The position numbers and the translations under genes are program-made. Below are positions 63,684 to 64,000 of a stretch of 64,000 nt of DNA, piece after piece (the stretch's first letter is position 1; every line of letters starts with the position of its first letter). Origin of the DNA: Narcine bancroftii (Eukaryota); assembly GCF_036971445.1 (NCBI RefSeq), contig NC_091472.1, positions 182,838,001-182,902,000 on the forward strand, in the 5' to 3' direction. Below the pieces are notes generated by a model that saw nothing but the letters and a program-made list of their open reading frames with translations, made no database searches and had not been told where the DNA came from.

Positions 63684-64000
63684 TTCTTCTTTTCTTTGGC
63701 TTGGCTTCGCGGACGAAGATTTATGGAGGGGGTAAAAAGTCCACGTCAGCTGCAGGCTCGTTTGTGGCTGACAAGTCCGATGCGGGACAGGCAGACACGA
63801 TTGCAGCGGTTGCAGGGGAAAATTGGTTGGTTGGGGTTGGGTGTTGGGTTTTTCCTCCTTTGCCTTTTGTCAGTGAGGTGGGCTCTGCGGTCTTCTTCAA
63901 AGGAGGTTGCTGCCCGCCAAACTGTGAGGCGCCAAGATGCACGGTTTGAAGCGTTATCAGCCCACTGGCGGTGGTCAATGTGGCAGGCACCAAGAGATTT
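63684..64000 (-). mobile_element. RTE LINE 3' end with GAA-type tail, runs off window end
   Basis: Same family as 23341-25398. Confidence 0.96.

Noticed and set aside
3897-63993. Recurring small ORFs (MASRTKIYGGG, MVPATLTTASG, MAWLRGRRF) as a small-protein family
   Set aside because: They are alternative-frame and antisense translations of the same RTE 3' end

Overview
Vertebrate nuclear DNA, not prokaryotic. The repeat content (CR1, Rex1/Babar, fish-type L1, Penelope-like relics) suggests a cartilaginous fish, which is an inference. The window holds four genes in the order I recall from human 12q24.13: TPCN1 (5' end, minus), IQCD/DRC10 (complete, plus, 435 aa), RITA1 (complete, minus, 286 aa) and DDX54 (coding exons 1-8, plus). 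Two CpG-rich head-to-head promoters separate TPCN1/IQCD and RITA1/DDX54. Exon boundaries were read by eye from GT-AG sites and checked for frame continuity. Introns are full of nested transposons: CR1, L1, Rex1/Babar, a young RTE family (7 copies), a Gypsy provirus, solo LTRs, and hAT and Harbinger-like non-autonomous elements. I found no clear-cut new multi-gene system. The best leads are: an in-frame upstream AUG of DDX54 cut off by one UGA-CGG; a second WxP RBPJ-binding-like motif in RITA1; a twin-priming-type 5'-inverted L1; a recent RTE burst; two mosaic hAT elements, one with a ZNF143 site; a pre-miRNA-like hairpin; and a decayed duplicate of the IQCD last exon. All homolog comparisons are from memory and no searches were run.
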